The position numbers were made by a program, and so were the translations under genes. Under the pieces are notes generated by a model. That model did no database searches and was not told the origin of the DNA. It worked only from the letters and a program-made list of their open reading frames with translations. Source: Thiotrichales bacterium (GTDB taxonomy: Bacteria; Pseudomonadota; Gammaproteobacteria; UBA5335; SLRW01). From it: a DNA stretch of 45,701 nt. This document shows, piece after piece, positions 22,744-32,639 of the stretch (positions within the stretch are counted from its first letter, which is position 1; each line of letters opens with the position of its first letter). The stretch spans positions 1 through 45,701 of the forward strand of contig PWYF01000095.1 in assembly GCA_003567955.1 (NCBI GenBank), in the 5' to 3' direction.

Positions 22744-23895
22744 TCATGACCTCTTGATAACCTGCATGTACCGACCGCCCGGCAGTGACTCGACCTGCCC
22801 CCGGAGCTCCATGAGCAGCAGCATGGATGAAAGCTGTTCGGCCGTCAATCCGCTGCGCTGCACCAGCATATCCAGGCTGACCGGATCATGCCCCAGGGCC
22901 TCACGCAGCCTGGCGTAATCATCATCCTCACTATCATCATCACCTTCAGGAGTCTGGCCGAGCGTATCCGACACCCCGGCCGGAGCCCTCGTGGACAGGT
23001 GCGCGGCCATCTCCTCGAGGATGTCGTCCGCAGTTTCCACCAGCTTGGCGCCATCACGAATCAGACGATGGCACCCACGGGCCAGCGGATTATGAATGGA
23101 GCCAGGGACAGCAAACACTTCGCGACCCTGTTCCATTGCCAGGCGCGCGGTAATCAGTGATCCACTGCGGGGCGCCGCCTCCACCACCAGCACCCCCAGG
23201 GACAGGCCACTGATAATGCGATTGCGCCGGGGAAAATTGACCGCGCGAGGCGATGTCCCGGGCGGGAATTCGCTTACCAACGCCCCCTCATTAACAAGCT
23301 CACCGGCCAGATCACGATGGGTGGCAGGATAAACCCGATCGGGGCCGGTTCCGGCCACAGCCACGGACAGCCCGCCGGCCGCCAGCGCCCCGCGGTGCGC
23401 GGCAGCGTCAATGCCGGCCGCAAGCCCGCTGGTGATCACCAGCCCGCGCGTTGCCAGGTATTCGGCAAAGGCCCGTGCGTTTTCCAGCCCGCCCCGGGTC
23501 GCATTGCGGCTGCCAACAATAGCCAGTTGCGGCTGTGACAGCACTTCCGGGTCGCCCACCACAAACAGCACCGGCGGCGCATCGTTAATTTCACGCAGCC
23601 GATTGGGGTAGGCAGCATCCTCAGGCAACAACACATGGCGGGCGGGAATAGCCTGCGGCTGATTCAGCCATTGCAGATCTGCCCTGACGGCATCCCAGTC
23701 GGGTCGACGAAACGCCTGGCGCGTCTCAGCGCAGAGCCCGGAGTCATCGCCCGCCGACAGGGCCGCCCTGGCACTACCATGACGCTGCAGCAGGTGGTTG
23801 ATGGCCACACTGCCCAACCCCGGCATCCGGAGCAGAGCCAGCCGGCAGGGCAGATCACCCTCGGCAATATCTTCGGGGATAACAACAGCGGCCAA
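22744..23895 (-). CDS. dprA: DNA-processing protein DprA (Smf)
   Basis: LAIVGSRNATRGG ... ITSGLAAGIDAAAHRGAL ... FPRRNRIISGLSLGVLVVEAA, the Rossmann-like DprA core, with a C-terminal winged-helix tail. Confidence 0.9.
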   Translation of the reverse strand: MAAVVIPEDIAEGDLPCRLALLRMPGLGSVAINHLLQRHGSARAALSAGDDSGLCAETRQAFRRPDWDAVRADLQWLNQPQAIPARHVLLPEDAAYPNRLREINDAPPVLFVVGDPEVLSQPQLAIVGSRNATRGGLENARAFAEYLATRGLVITSGLAAGIDAAAHRGALAAGGLSVAVAGTGPDRVYPATHRDLAGELVNEGALVSEFPPGTSPRAVNFPRRNRIISGLSLGVLVVEAAPRSGSLITARLAMEQGREVFAVPGSIHNPLARGCHRLIRDGAKLVETADDILEEMAAHLSTRAPAGVSDTLGQTPEGDDDSEDDDYARLREALGHDPVSLDMLVQRSGLTAEQLSSMLLLMELRGQVESLPGGRYMQVIKRS

Positions 23896-23972
23896 CAGAC
23901 ACTCCTTGGCTTCCCTGCCAGGAAATCAACCACACCGGCATGCGCCGGCGGGGTCAGCACACCCTGCACAGG

Positions 23973-25226
23973 TCAGGGAGTGACGACCTTGTCCTGCAGA
24001 CGAATGCTGCGAGTAGCGCGCATCACAAGTGCGTAGCTGATCTTGTCATAAACGCGGAACACCATCAGCTCACCGGCACGCTGATCGGGCAGGGCGACGG
24101 GGCCACGGGCGCGTTCATCATGGAAAGTGCCCCCATCCTGCATGATGGTCAACACATGACCCACATCCATGCCATCCCGGCTGCCAAGATTGAGCATCAC
24201 GACCTGGTACTGGCCGATGTGACCGATGCTGTCGAATACAGAAATAATCCGCCCGGAAACATCCTGTTCCGGGGGCTGTGGCATGAAGTTTTCACGCAAC
24301 TCGTCCAGGGGAATCGGCAACAACAGATCGCCGCGACGGACTTCCTGGGCCACACGTTGCAACTGGGCAATCGCCGGATCACCAAACTCCTGCACCCGGA
24401 CCTCGCCAATGAAACGCGCCTCGCGGCCGAGCCGCTCACCCGTTTCGGGATCACGGAATTGTTCGCCCGGGCGCACCACGTGGAAACGCCGCTCGCCATT
24501 GTCGTCAAGGCCCCGCACGTAAATACGCTCCCCCGCAGCGGAGAGCAAACGGGTATCACTCACGCTGCGCAACACATAAGCGGCACCATCCAGGTCTTCC
24601 TGATCCACGACCCGGGTTTCATCCAGGAAACTGCGGATGGCCGACAGCGGGATCGTGGGCACGGCAGCCTCAATAGGCTCGGTGCGGATTCGCGGCTGCA
24701 TGCGAACAACAGGCTGGTCGGGATCATCCACAAACCGGTCATCCTCGCGTACACGCTCTTCCGCACGGCGGATTTCCTCAATCACCTCCGGATCACGAAT
24801 ATCGTCCTCGTCTACACGACGAACCACCGGCCGACCTTCATCGTAGCCCAGTACCAGCACGTCGCCCGGGTAGATCAGGTGCGGGTTTTCCAGCTCGGGA
24901 TTGATATGCCAGACCTCCGGCCACAGCCAGGGATCCCTGAGAAACTGCCCGGAAATATCCCACAGTGTGTCGCCACGCCTGACAACATAAGTACGGGGCG
25001 CGCGCTCGGCGACACGAACCTCGGGGGCTGGCCGGGGCTCGGGCTCCACGCGCGGCTCGGGCCGCGGCGCCGGCTCCGCAGCCTGGGGCGTGGCGGCCGG
25101 CTGCTCGTCGCGTGGCGGCTGTTCCGGGGAGGATGCGCAAGCGGCAAGCAGCGCCAGCACAGCCATATAAACAGGGATTCGACGCAGCGAAACTCGAACA
25201 AACACGTTATAATCAGGAGTCATCAA
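23973..25226 (-). CDS. LysM-domain peptidoglycan-binding (lipo)protein
   Basis: Lipobox-like LLAAC followed by a Pro/Glu-rich linker, then a LysM motif (YVVRRGDTLWDISGQFLRDPWLWPEVW). Standard position between dprA and def. The exact start is uncertain. Confidence 0.75.
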   Translation of the reverse strand: MMTPDYNVFVRVSLRRIPVYMAVLALLAACASSPEQPPRDEQPAATPQAAEPAPRPEPRVEPEPRPAPEVRVAERAPRTYVVRRGDTLWDISGQFLRDPWLWPEVWHINPELENPHLIYPGDVLVLGYDEGRPVVRRVDEDDIRDPEVIEEIRRAEERVREDDRFVDDPDQPVVRMQPRIRTEPIEAAVPTIPLSAIRSFLDETRVVDQEDLDGAAYVLRSVSDTRLLSAAGERIYVRGLDDNGERRFHVVRPGEQFRDPETGERLGREARFIGEVRVQEFGDPAIAQLQRVAQEVRRGDLLLPIPLDELRENFMPQPPEQDVSGRIISVFDSIGHIGQYQVVMLNLGSRDGMDVGHVLTIMQDGGTFHDERARGPVALPDQRAGELMVFRVYDKISYALVMRATRSIRLQDKVVTP

Positions 25227-25356
25227 TGGTTTGCCTCGGGCTGATCGGCGACTTCATTATGGCCCGGCGCACAAGACGCGAGCCCGGTTTTTTGACTAAG
25301 GTGAACAAAATCGGCGCAATTTGCAAGATTTTACTGCAAAAAGATTCACTGACCCT

Positions 25357-25866
25357 ATGGCCATACTCGATATTCTGCATTATCCAGACCCACGTTTGCG
25401 CAATCGCGCGAAACCCGTGGAACGGGTTGACGCGCACATACAGCGCACGCTTGATGACATGCTGGAGACCATGTACGACGCCCGTGGCATCGGCTTGTCG
25501 GCCACGCAGGTCGACTACCCCGGCCGGGTGGTGGTCATTGATGTCTCCGAAAACCGCGACGAACCGCGCTATCTGGTCAATCCGGAAATTATCCAGCGCG
25601 ACGGGCTGACCGAGTCGCAGGAAGGCTGCCTGTCCATTCCGGAATACTACGACACCATAGAGCGTGCCGAACATATCCGTTACCGTGCGCTGGACCGCGA
25701 CGGCAAAGCTTTCGAGGATGAAGCCGACGGGCTGCTCGCTATCTGCATCCAGCACGAAATAGACCACCTCGACGGCAAACTTTTTATTGATTATCTCTCG
25801 GCGCTGAAGCGCCAGCGCCTGCACAAGAAATACCTCAAGCTCAGTAAGCAGCGCGTAGCAGGGTAA
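25357..25866 (+). CDS. def: Peptide deformylase
   Basis: [30 protein letters not shown] and QHEIDHLDG metal-binding motifs. The ATG at 25357 gives 169 aa; the track start at 25321 is a TTG. Confidence 0.9.
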   Translation: MAILDILHYPDPRLRNRAKPVERVDAHIQRTLDDMLETMYDARGIGLSATQVDYPGRVVVIDVSENRDEPRYLVNPEIIQRDGLTESQEGCLSIPEYYDTIERAEHIRYRALDRDGKAFEDEADGLLAICIQHEIDHLDGKLFIDYLSALKRQRLHKKYLKLSKQRVAG

Positions 25867-25917
25867 GCGTGCCGGCCAGTATTCATCTGAACCTGCCGCA
25901 CTGAACCGGAAGCCGCC

Positions 25918-26850
25918 ATGAGCCCTGCGCGTATTGTATTTGCCGGAACCCCCGACTTTGCCGTGCCGGCATTACAGCGCCTGATCGATAGCGGTTATGC
26001 GCCGGTGGCGGTATACACCCAGCCCGACCGCCCCGCCGGACGGGGCCGCAAACTGCAGCCCGGACCGGTCAAGCGCACCGCGCTGGCACATGGGTTGCCC
26101 GTGTATCAGCCGGTAACCCTGCGCGACGAAAGCGCGCAGACGGAACTCCAGGCCCTGCAGCCCGACCTGATGGTGGTGGTGGCCTATGGCCTGTTGTTGC
26201 CGCCCCGGGTCCTTGCCCTGCCCACACGAGGCTGCGTCAATCTGCATGCCTCGCTGCTGCCCCGCTGGCGCGGCGCGGCGCCCGTGCAGCACGCCATTCT
26301 TGCCGGCGACAGCGAATCCGGCGTCACCCTGATGCAAATGGAGGCCGGGCTCGATACCGGGCCCATACTGGCCATGACACATTGCGCCATCCAGCCGGAT
26401 GACACCGGTGGTAGCTTGCATGACCGGCTCGCAACACTTGGCGCCGAACTGCTCGGGGAACACATTGCAGCGGTACTGGCCGGCGATCTTGCCCCACGGC
26501 CGCAGCCGGCTGAAGGCATGACCTATGCCGCCAAAATCAACCGCCAGGAGGCCCGGATCGACTGGACACAACCGGCCAGCCGGATCGAGCGCCAGATCCG
26601 CGCCTTTAACCCCTGGCCAGTGGCCTTCAGCCAGCTCGAGGGGGACGCTCTGCGAATCTGGCAGGCCCGGGTCAGCGACGCCCGCCTGTCCGGCCCCCCT
26701 GGCCACCTTCACACGGACCGCGGGACCCTGAGCGTCGCCACCGGCGAGGGCGCACTGGAACTGCAGCAGGTGCAACTGCCGGGGCGCCAGCCGATCAGCG
26801 CCCGCGATCTGCTTAATGCCCGCCAGCTTGCCGGACTGCGCCTGACATGA
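25918..26850 (+). CDS. fmt: Methionyl-tRNA formyltransferase
   Basis: IVFAGTPDFAVPAL ... NLHASLLPRWRGAAPVQHAIL (SLLP motif). def-fmt synteny. Confidence 0.9.
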   Translation: MSPARIVFAGTPDFAVPALQRLIDSGYAPVAVYTQPDRPAGRGRKLQPGPVKRTALAHGLPVYQPVTLRDESAQTELQALQPDLMVVVAYGLLLPPRVLALPTRGCVNLHASLLPRWRGAAPVQHAILAGDSESGVTLMQMEAGLDTGPILAMTHCAIQPDDTGGSLHDRLATLGAELLGEHIAAVLAGDLAPRPQPAEGMTYAAKINRQEARIDWTQPASRIERQIRAFNPWPVAFSQLEGDALRIWQARVSDARLSGPPGHLHTDRGTLSVATGEGALELQQVQLPGRQPISARDLLNARQLAGLRLT

Positions 26851-28163
26851 CCCCGCCCCGCACCAGTGTCCGCGCGGAGGCCGCCCGCGCCCTGGCCCCG
26901 GTGTTGCAGGGCAAGGCCTCCCTGGATGCCACCCTGCCAACCGCGCTGGCGGCGCTGCCGGCGCGTGACCACAGCCTGCTACAGGCCCTGTGCTACGGCA
27001 CCCTGCGCCAGGGGCCACAACTGGAAACCGTGCTCGGGCAGCTACTCAGGAAACCGCTGCCGGCGCGTGAATCCCGGACCCGGGCCGCGCTGCTGCTGGG
27101 ACTTTACCAACTCAGCGAAATGCGCGTTCCCGACCATGCCGCCGTCACCGAGACGGTGCAAGCTGTCAGACTGCTGGGCCACTCGCGACTGACCGGCATG
27201 GTCAACGGCGTGCTGCGTAATTTCAGCCGTAACAGCCAGGCGCTGCTGGATGCGGCCAACCGTGACCCGGTCGGCCGCTATGCCCACCCCCGCTGGTTGA
27301 TTGATGCGATTCGGCAAGACTGGCCGCAAGCCCACACCGAAATACTGACCGCCAACAACCGGCCCGGCCCCATGACACTGCGTATCAACACGCGGCGCAG
27401 CCAGCGCGAAGCATGGCTAAAGCGAGCCGCTGAGGCGGACATTGAGGCGCTGCCGGCATCTACTCCGGACACGGCAGTCAACCTGACTTCGGCCATGGAT
27501 GTAAACGCCCTGCCAGGTTTTAGCGAGGGCGAGGTGTCGGTACAGGATGCCGCGGCGCAGTGGGCTGCCTGTCTGCTGGAGATTGAACCCGGCATGCGCG
27601 TACTGGATGCCTGCGCCGCCCCCGGCGGCAAAACCGGACATCTGCTGGAGCGCGCCCCCGATAACACGGAAGTGATCGCACTGGATGTCAACCAGGAACG
27701 CCTGGCCCGCGTGGACCAGAATCTGCGGCGACTGGGGCTCACGGCGCAACTCGTCTGCGGCGATATGAGCCGGCCCAGAGACTGGTGGGACGGCCGCCTC
27801 TTTGATCGCATTCTGCTCGATGCCCCCTGCTCCGGCAGCGGCGTGATCCGACGCCATCCGGATATCAAGTATCTGCGCCGCGCCAGTGACCTCCCGGCGC
27901 TGGCCACCCGTCAGGCCGAGCTGCTGGCCACTGCCTGGTCATTGCTGGCCCCCGGCGGCCAGTTGCTCTACGCCACCTGTTCCATTTTTCACGCCGAGAA
28001 CCGCGAGATCATCGAGGCCTTCCTTGCCGAGCACAGTGAGGCCAGCAGCCTGAACCTGCCCGAAACCCTCGGCCATCCCTGCGGCCCCGGCCGCCAGATC
28101 CTCCCCGGTGAACAGGATATGGATGGCTTCTTTTACACGCTGCTGCGGCGCAGCAGCGCGTAA
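26847..28163 (+). CDS. rsmB: 16S rRNA (cytosine967-C5)-methyltransferase RsmB/Sun
   Basis: NusB-like N-domain plus methyltransferase core (VLDACAAPGGKTGHL, ILLDAPCSGSGVIRRHPD, LYATCS). ATGA overlap with fmt. Confidence 0.9.
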   Translation: MTPPRTSVRAEAARALAPVLQGKASLDATLPTALAALPARDHSLLQALCYGTLRQGPQLETVLGQLLRKPLPARESRTRAALLLGLYQLSEMRVPDHAAVTETVQAVRLLGHSRLTGMVNGVLRNFSRNSQALLDAANRDPVGRYAHPRWLIDAIRQDWPQAHTEILTANNRPGPMTLRINTRRSQREAWLKRAAEADIEALPASTPDTAVNLTSAMDVNALPGFSEGEVSVQDAAAQWAACLLEIEPGMRVLDACAAPGGKTGHLLERAPDNTEVIALDVNQERLARVDQNLRRLGLTAQLVCGDMSRPRDWWDGRLFDRILLDAPCSGSGVIRRHPDIKYLRRASDLPALATRQAELLATAWSLLAPGGQLLYATCSIFHAENREIIEAFLAEHSEASSLNLPETLGHPCGPGRQILPGEQDMDGFFYTLLRRSSA

Positions 28164-28171
28164 AAGAAGCC

Positions 28172-28303
28172 GTGGTTACGTGATTAGGTGATTACGTTGT
28201 TAAGTGAATGAGCGCGGCTGCGCCGCGCAGTTCAATCTGATTCGTGCGGCGAAGCCGCACACCACCAACATAATCACTTAATCACCTAATCACGTAACCA
28301 CGC
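28172..28303. repeat. 132-bp composite palindrome with 24-bp perfect outer arms and two internal hairpins
   Basis: The left arm CGTGGTTACGTGATTAGGTGATTA (28172-28195) is the exact reverse complement of 28280-28303. The arms extend with AAGTGA after a 7-nt bulge. Inside are GCGCGG-CTGCG-CCGCGC and GTGCGGC-GAA-GCCGCAC. Confidence 0.85.
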
Positions 28304-28338
28304 CGGTCCGGGCGCTTGAATAAGCGCCCGGACCGGCG
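28303..28338. repeat. Perfect 16-bp-stem hairpin GCCGGTCCGGGCGCTT-GAAT-AAGCGCCCGGACCGGC, 15 nt upstream of the trkA ATG
   Basis: Read directly. There is no U-tract on either side. It could be an rsmB terminator or RNA-stability element, or a trkA leader structure. Confidence 0.8.
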
Positions 28339-28352
28339 TAAGTTCGCGCTTC

Positions 28353-29729
28353 ATGAAGATTATTATCCTCGGTGCCGGACGCGTCGGCTCCACGCTGGCC
28401 CAGCAACTGGCCGGCGAGGACAACGACATCACCCTGGTCGACATCCGTAGCGACAAGCTTGAGGAGCTCCAGGCCCGCCTGGACATCCGCACAGTCACCG
28501 GTCATGCCTCCCACCCCGACATTATCAAGCGCGCCGGCGGCGATGACGCCGACATGGTGATTGCTGTCACCGAGAGCGACGAAGTCAACATGGTCGCCTG
28601 CCAGCTCGCCTATACCCTGCATCACACCCCGACCAAGATCGCCCGCGTTCGAGCCTCCGAATACCTGGCGCTGGAGAAAAAAATCTTCAGCCAGGACGCC
28701 ATGCCGGTGGACATGATTATCAGTCCCGAGCAGCTGGTGACCGACTACATCCGGCGCCTGATCGAATACCCGGGCGCCCTGCAGGTGGTGAATTTCGCCG
28801 ACGGCAAGGCCCAGTTGGTGGGCGTTCGCGCCTACTATGGCGGCGCCCTGGTCGGCCAGCAGCTGCGCGCACTGCGCGAGCACATGCCCGGTGTGGAAAC
28901 CCGCGTCGCCGCCATCTATCGCCGTGGCGAACCCATCATCCCCAAGGGCGACACCGTGGTCGAGGTGGACGACGAGGTCTTTTTCATCGCCGCACGCAAG
29001 AATATCCGCTCGGTCATCGCCGAGCTGCGGCGCATGGATCAGCCGGTCAAGCGCGTAATCCTGGCCGGCGGCGGCAACATCGGCCTGCGCCTGGCGCGGG
29101 TGCTGGAGAAACAGTTCAACGTCAAGATTATCGAGCGCAATCCCGAGCGGGCACGGCTGATTTCCGAGCAGCTTGATCGCGCCATCGTGCTGGTCGGCGA
29201 CGTGGCTGACGAGGAATTGCTGATCGAGGAGAACATCGACCAGACCGATGTGTTCTGCGCCATCACCAACGACGACGAGGCCAATATTCTCTCGGCCATG
29301 CTCGCCAAGGGACTGGGGGCCCGCAAGGTGATGTCCCTGATCAACCGCGCGTCCTATGTGGACCTGGTGCAGGGCACGGTAATTGATGTGGCCATCTCGC
29401 CCCAGCAGGCCACCATTGGCGCCCTGCTTGCCCATGTGCGCCGGGGCGATGTGGTGGTGGTGCACTCACTGCGCCGGGGCGCGGCCGAGGCCATCGAGGC
29501 CGTGGCTCATGGTGATCGCAACTCCTCCCGGGTGGTCGGCCGGCGCATCGACGAGATAGACCTGCCCGAAGGCACCACCATTGGCGCCATTGTGCGGGGC
29601 GATGAAATGGTGGTGGCCCACCATGACACCGTGATCGAGGCCGATGACCACGTCATCCTGTTCCTGGTGGACAAGTCCCGCCTGCACGAAGTCGAACGGC
29701 TGTTCCAGGTCGGAGTGACCTTTTTGTGA
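28353..29729 (+). CDS. trkA: Trk potassium uptake protein TrkA (two tandem NAD-binding RCK units)
   Basis: [16 protein letters not shown] and a second [14 protein letters not shown] Rossmann motif. 458 aa. Confidence 0.9.
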   Translation: MKIIILGAGRVGSTLAQQLAGEDNDITLVDIRSDKLEELQARLDIRTVTGHASHPDIIKRAGGDDADMVIAVTESDEVNMVACQLAYTLHHTPTKIARVRASEYLALEKKIFSQDAMPVDMIISPEQLVTDYIRRLIEYPGALQVVNFADGKAQLVGVRAYYGGALVGQQLRALREHMPGVETRVAAIYRRGEPIIPKGDTVVEVDDEVFFIAARKNIRSVIAELRRMDQPVKRVILAGGGNIGLRLARVLEKQFNVKIIERNPERARLISEQLDRAIVLVGDVADEELLIEENIDQTDVFCAITNDDEANILSAMLAKGLGARKVMSLINRASYVDLVQGTVIDVAISPQQATIGALLAHVRRGDVVVVHSLRRGAAEAIEAVAHGDRNSSRVVGRRIDEIDLPEGTTIGAIVRGDEMVVAHHDTVIEADDHVILFLVDKSRLHEVERLFQVGVTFL

Positions 29730-29745
29730 GGGAGCTTGCGCGGTC

Positions 29746-31203
29746 ATGCATCTGACGGTGGCACAGCGTATCGTCGGCCTGCTGGCGATGGTTTTCAGTC
29801 TCGCCATGCTGCCGCCGCTGGCAGTATCTTTGATTTATGCCGACGGCGAGCATTTCACTTTCCTGATCAGTTTTGTTGCCGTCCTCGCCACCGGGCTGCT
29901 GCTGTGGTTGCCGGTGGCCCGCGACCGCAGGGAGATGCGACTGCGCGACGGGTTTGTGGTGGTGGCGTCGTTCTGGACGGTGCTCGGCCTGCTTGGCGCC
30001 CTGCCGCTGTATCTGTCGACCCAGACGCCGGTGGGCTTGACCGATGCGGTATTCGAATCTGTCTCCGGCCTGACCACCACCGGTTCGACCATCCTCACGG
30101 AGCTCGAAACCCTGCCCCACGCCATTCTTTTTTATCGCCAGCAACTGCAATGGATGGGCGGCATGGGGATTATCGTGCTGGCAGTGGCCGTACTGCCCAT
30201 GCTGGGTGTCGGTGGCATGCAGCTTTATCGCGCCGAAATGCCCGGCCCGCTCAAGGACACCAAGCTCACGCCGCGCATCGCCGAGACCGCCAAGGGCCTG
30301 TGGTACATCTACCTCGGCCTGACCATAGCCTGCGGCGTGGCTTACTGGGCCGCCGGCATGGCGGTGTTCGATGCTATCGGGCATGCCTTCAGCACCGTGG
30401 CGATTGGCGGCTTTTCGCATTATGACGCCAGCTTTGCGCATTTCGACAGCGCCGTCATCGAACTCATCGCCGTGGTTTTCATGCTGGTGGCAGGCATTAA
30501 CTTCGCCATTCACTTTGTGGCTTTCAGACCGGGCAACCCGAGCCCTGCAGCGTATTTAAAAGACCCTGAAACCCGCGCCTATATCACCTGGCTGCTGGCC
30601 CTGGCCTTTGTCGTGTGCGCCTGGCTGCTGATCACGGGGGTCTATGCCGCCACCGGCGAAGGCATCGTCAAGGGGCTGTTCCAGACCGTCTCCATTGCCA
30701 CCACCACCGGCTTTGCCAGCGCCGAGTTTTCCGCCTGGCCCGGGTTTCTCCCGGTGCTGCTGATTTTTGCCAGTTTTGTGGGCGCCTGCGGCGGGTCGAC
30801 CGGCGGCGGCATCAAGGTCATGCGCGTGATGCTGCTGATCCGCCAGGGCCAGCGTGAAATCCTGCGGCTGGTTCATCCCCATGCCCAGTTGCCGGTCAAA
30901 CTCGGCCACCGCGTCATCCCGCCGCGGGTGGTGGAAGCCGTGTGGGGGTTTTTCGCCGCCTATATCGCCGTTTTCGGCGTAATCATGCTGTTCCTGATGG
31001 CCACCGGGCTGGACCAGGTGACCGCTTTCTCGGCGGTGGCCGCAACACTCAACAATCTCGGCCCCGGCCTGGGTGAAGTCGCCGAAAACTACGGTAATAT
31101 AAATGATGCCGCCAAGTGGGCGCTGGTGGTGGCCATGATCATGGGCCGACTGGAAATCTTCACCGCCCTGGTGCTGCTCATGCCGGCCTTCTGGCGCCGC
31201 TAG
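29746..31203 (+). CDS. trkH: Trk potassium transporter membrane subunit TrkH
   Basis: 485-aa polytopic protein with repeated selectivity-filter-like GLTTTG, TTTGF and GGSTGGGIK motifs. Confidence 0.9.
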   Translation: MHLTVAQRIVGLLAMVFSLAMLPPLAVSLIYADGEHFTFLISFVAVLATGLLLWLPVARDRREMRLRDGFVVVASFWTVLGLLGALPLYLSTQTPVGLTDAVFESVSGLTTTGSTILTELETLPHAILFYRQQLQWMGGMGIIVLAVAVLPMLGVGGMQLYRAEMPGPLKDTKLTPRIAETAKGLWYIYLGLTIACGVAYWAAGMAVFDAIGHAFSTVAIGGFSHYDASFAHFDSAVIELIAVVFMLVAGINFAIHFVAFRPGNPSPAAYLKDPETRAYITWLLALAFVVCAWLLITGVYAATGEGIVKGLFQTVSIATTTGFASAEFSAWPGFLPVLLIFASFVGACGGSTGGGIKVMRVMLLIRQGQREILRLVHPHAQLPVKLGHRVIPPRVVEAVWGFFAAYIAVFGVIMLFLMATGLDQVTAFSAVAATLNNLGPGLGEVAENYGNINDAAKWALVVAMIMGRLEIFTALVLLMPAFWRR

Positions 31204-31460
31204 GCAGCAACAGCGAATGCTTGCGCCGACGATCGGAATCATCTAGCGTTAGGCTTCATTCCCGAGGGGGAAGCGGGCCGTTTGAGCCCCGAAAGCACAC
31301 TGACATTGCGTCGTGCGCCCTGTAAAACCGACATATTCCGGCCCGTCCGGTCAAACGCGTGCTTTAGCATTACATCGGAAAATGTCACATGAAACTGCGC
31401 ACGATCACCCATATTCTTACCCATCCACGCATGTATTACAGGATTGCCAGGAGAGTCCTC

Positions 31461-32588
31461 ATGAGCAATACATCCGGGGCATCGAAACTCCCTTTCGATC
31501 TCACCCCCAGCGAAGAACAGCAGATGATGCGCGAGAGCATGCAGCGTTTCGCGGCGGCCGAGTTGCTGCCCGCTGCAAGAGACGCTGATGCCGAGTCAAA
31601 AATCCCCGACGGGCTGCTGGATGCCGCGCACGAACTGGGTATTACCCTGCTGGCCGTACCGGAACAGTACGGCGGCGCCGGCACCGAGCGCTCCCCCATC
31701 GCCAACAGCCTGATTGCCGAGGATCTGGGCCAGGGCGACATGGCGCTGGCACTGGCCATTCTCTCCCCGCTGGGGGTGTTGAATACCATTCTCGACCAGG
31801 GCAGCGAGGCCCAGCGCGAGCACTACCTGCCGCGCTTCGCCGACGAAAAATTCCTGCCCGCCGCCACCGCCGTCATGGAATCCACCGCCCTGTTCGACCC
31901 TTCAAACCTGCAAACCACAGCGAAAGCTGACGGTGACGGCTGGGTGCTTAACGGCGAAAAACGCATGGTGCCCCTGAGCAGCCACCGGCCCCTGCTGCTG
32001 GTCCTGGCAAAGGTCGAGGGCGAGGACAGCCCGGCGGCGTTTATCGTCGAGGGCGACAATCCCGGCGTGAACTTCGAGGCTGAACCCCTGATGGGCTTGC
32101 GTGGCATGGAGCCGGGACAGGTCACCCTGAAGGACTGCCGCGTCGAAGGCAGTGCCCGGCTCGGCGGTGACGACGGCTTTGATGCCCGGCGCTTTCTCAA
32201 CCTCAGCAAGCTCGGGCTCGGCGCCACCGCCTGCGGTGTGGCCGCCGGCCTGCTCGAGCATGCGATTGAGTACACCAACGAGCGTGTGGCCTTCGGTGAG
32301 CCCATCAGCCACCGCCAGTCAGTCGCTTTCATGGTGGCCAATATCGGTATCGAGCTCGAGGGCATGCGCCTGATGGTCCAGCGGGCCGCTTCCCGCGCCG
32401 AACAGGGGCTGGACTTCGAGCGTGAGGCCACCCTGGCGGCGCGCTTCTGCGGCGACCACGGCATGGAGATCGGCACCAACGCCGTCCAGCTCCTCGGCGG
32501 CCACGGCTTTACCCAGGAGTACCTGGAAGAAATGTGCTATCGCCACCTGCGCGCCGTGGGCATTCTCGAGGGCTGCTTCAGCATCTGA
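31461..32588 (+). CDS. Acyl-CoA dehydrogenase family protein (375 aa), ending a few residues after the catalytic-base motif position
   Basis: ACAD N, middle and C regions are present. AGGAGAG lies 6 nt upstream of ATG 31461. The C-terminus is ...HLRAVGILEGCFSI-stop. Confidence 0.8.
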   Translation: MSNTSGASKLPFDLTPSEEQQMMRESMQRFAAAELLPAARDADAESKIPDGLLDAAHELGITLLAVPEQYGGAGTERSPIANSLIAEDLGQGDMALALAILSPLGVLNTILDQGSEAQREHYLPRFADEKFLPAATAVMESTALFDPSNLQTTAKADGDGWVLNGEKRMVPLSSHRPLLLVLAKVEGEDSPAAFIVEGDNPGVNFEAEPLMGLRGMEPGQVTLKDCRVEGSARLGGDDGFDARRFLNLSKLGLGATACGVAAGLLEHAIEYTNERVAFGEPISHRQSVAFMVANIGIELEGMRLMVQRAASRAEQGLDFEREATLAARFCGDHGMEIGTNAVQLLGGHGFTQEYLEEMCYRHLRAVGILEGCFSI

Positions 32589-32639
32589 AGCCGCTGGCAA
32601 ATCAATCACTGAATTCAAAACGTTCGAGGCAGACACACC

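Noticed and set aside
31291-31322. A possible fifth, degenerate copy of the REP-like motif upstream of the first ACAD (GAAAGCACACTGACATTGCGTCGTGCGCCCTG)
   Set aside because: Only the CTGA...GCGTCG...GCC skeleton matches, and the stem halves are not complementary. The match is too weak to call without a statistical alignment.
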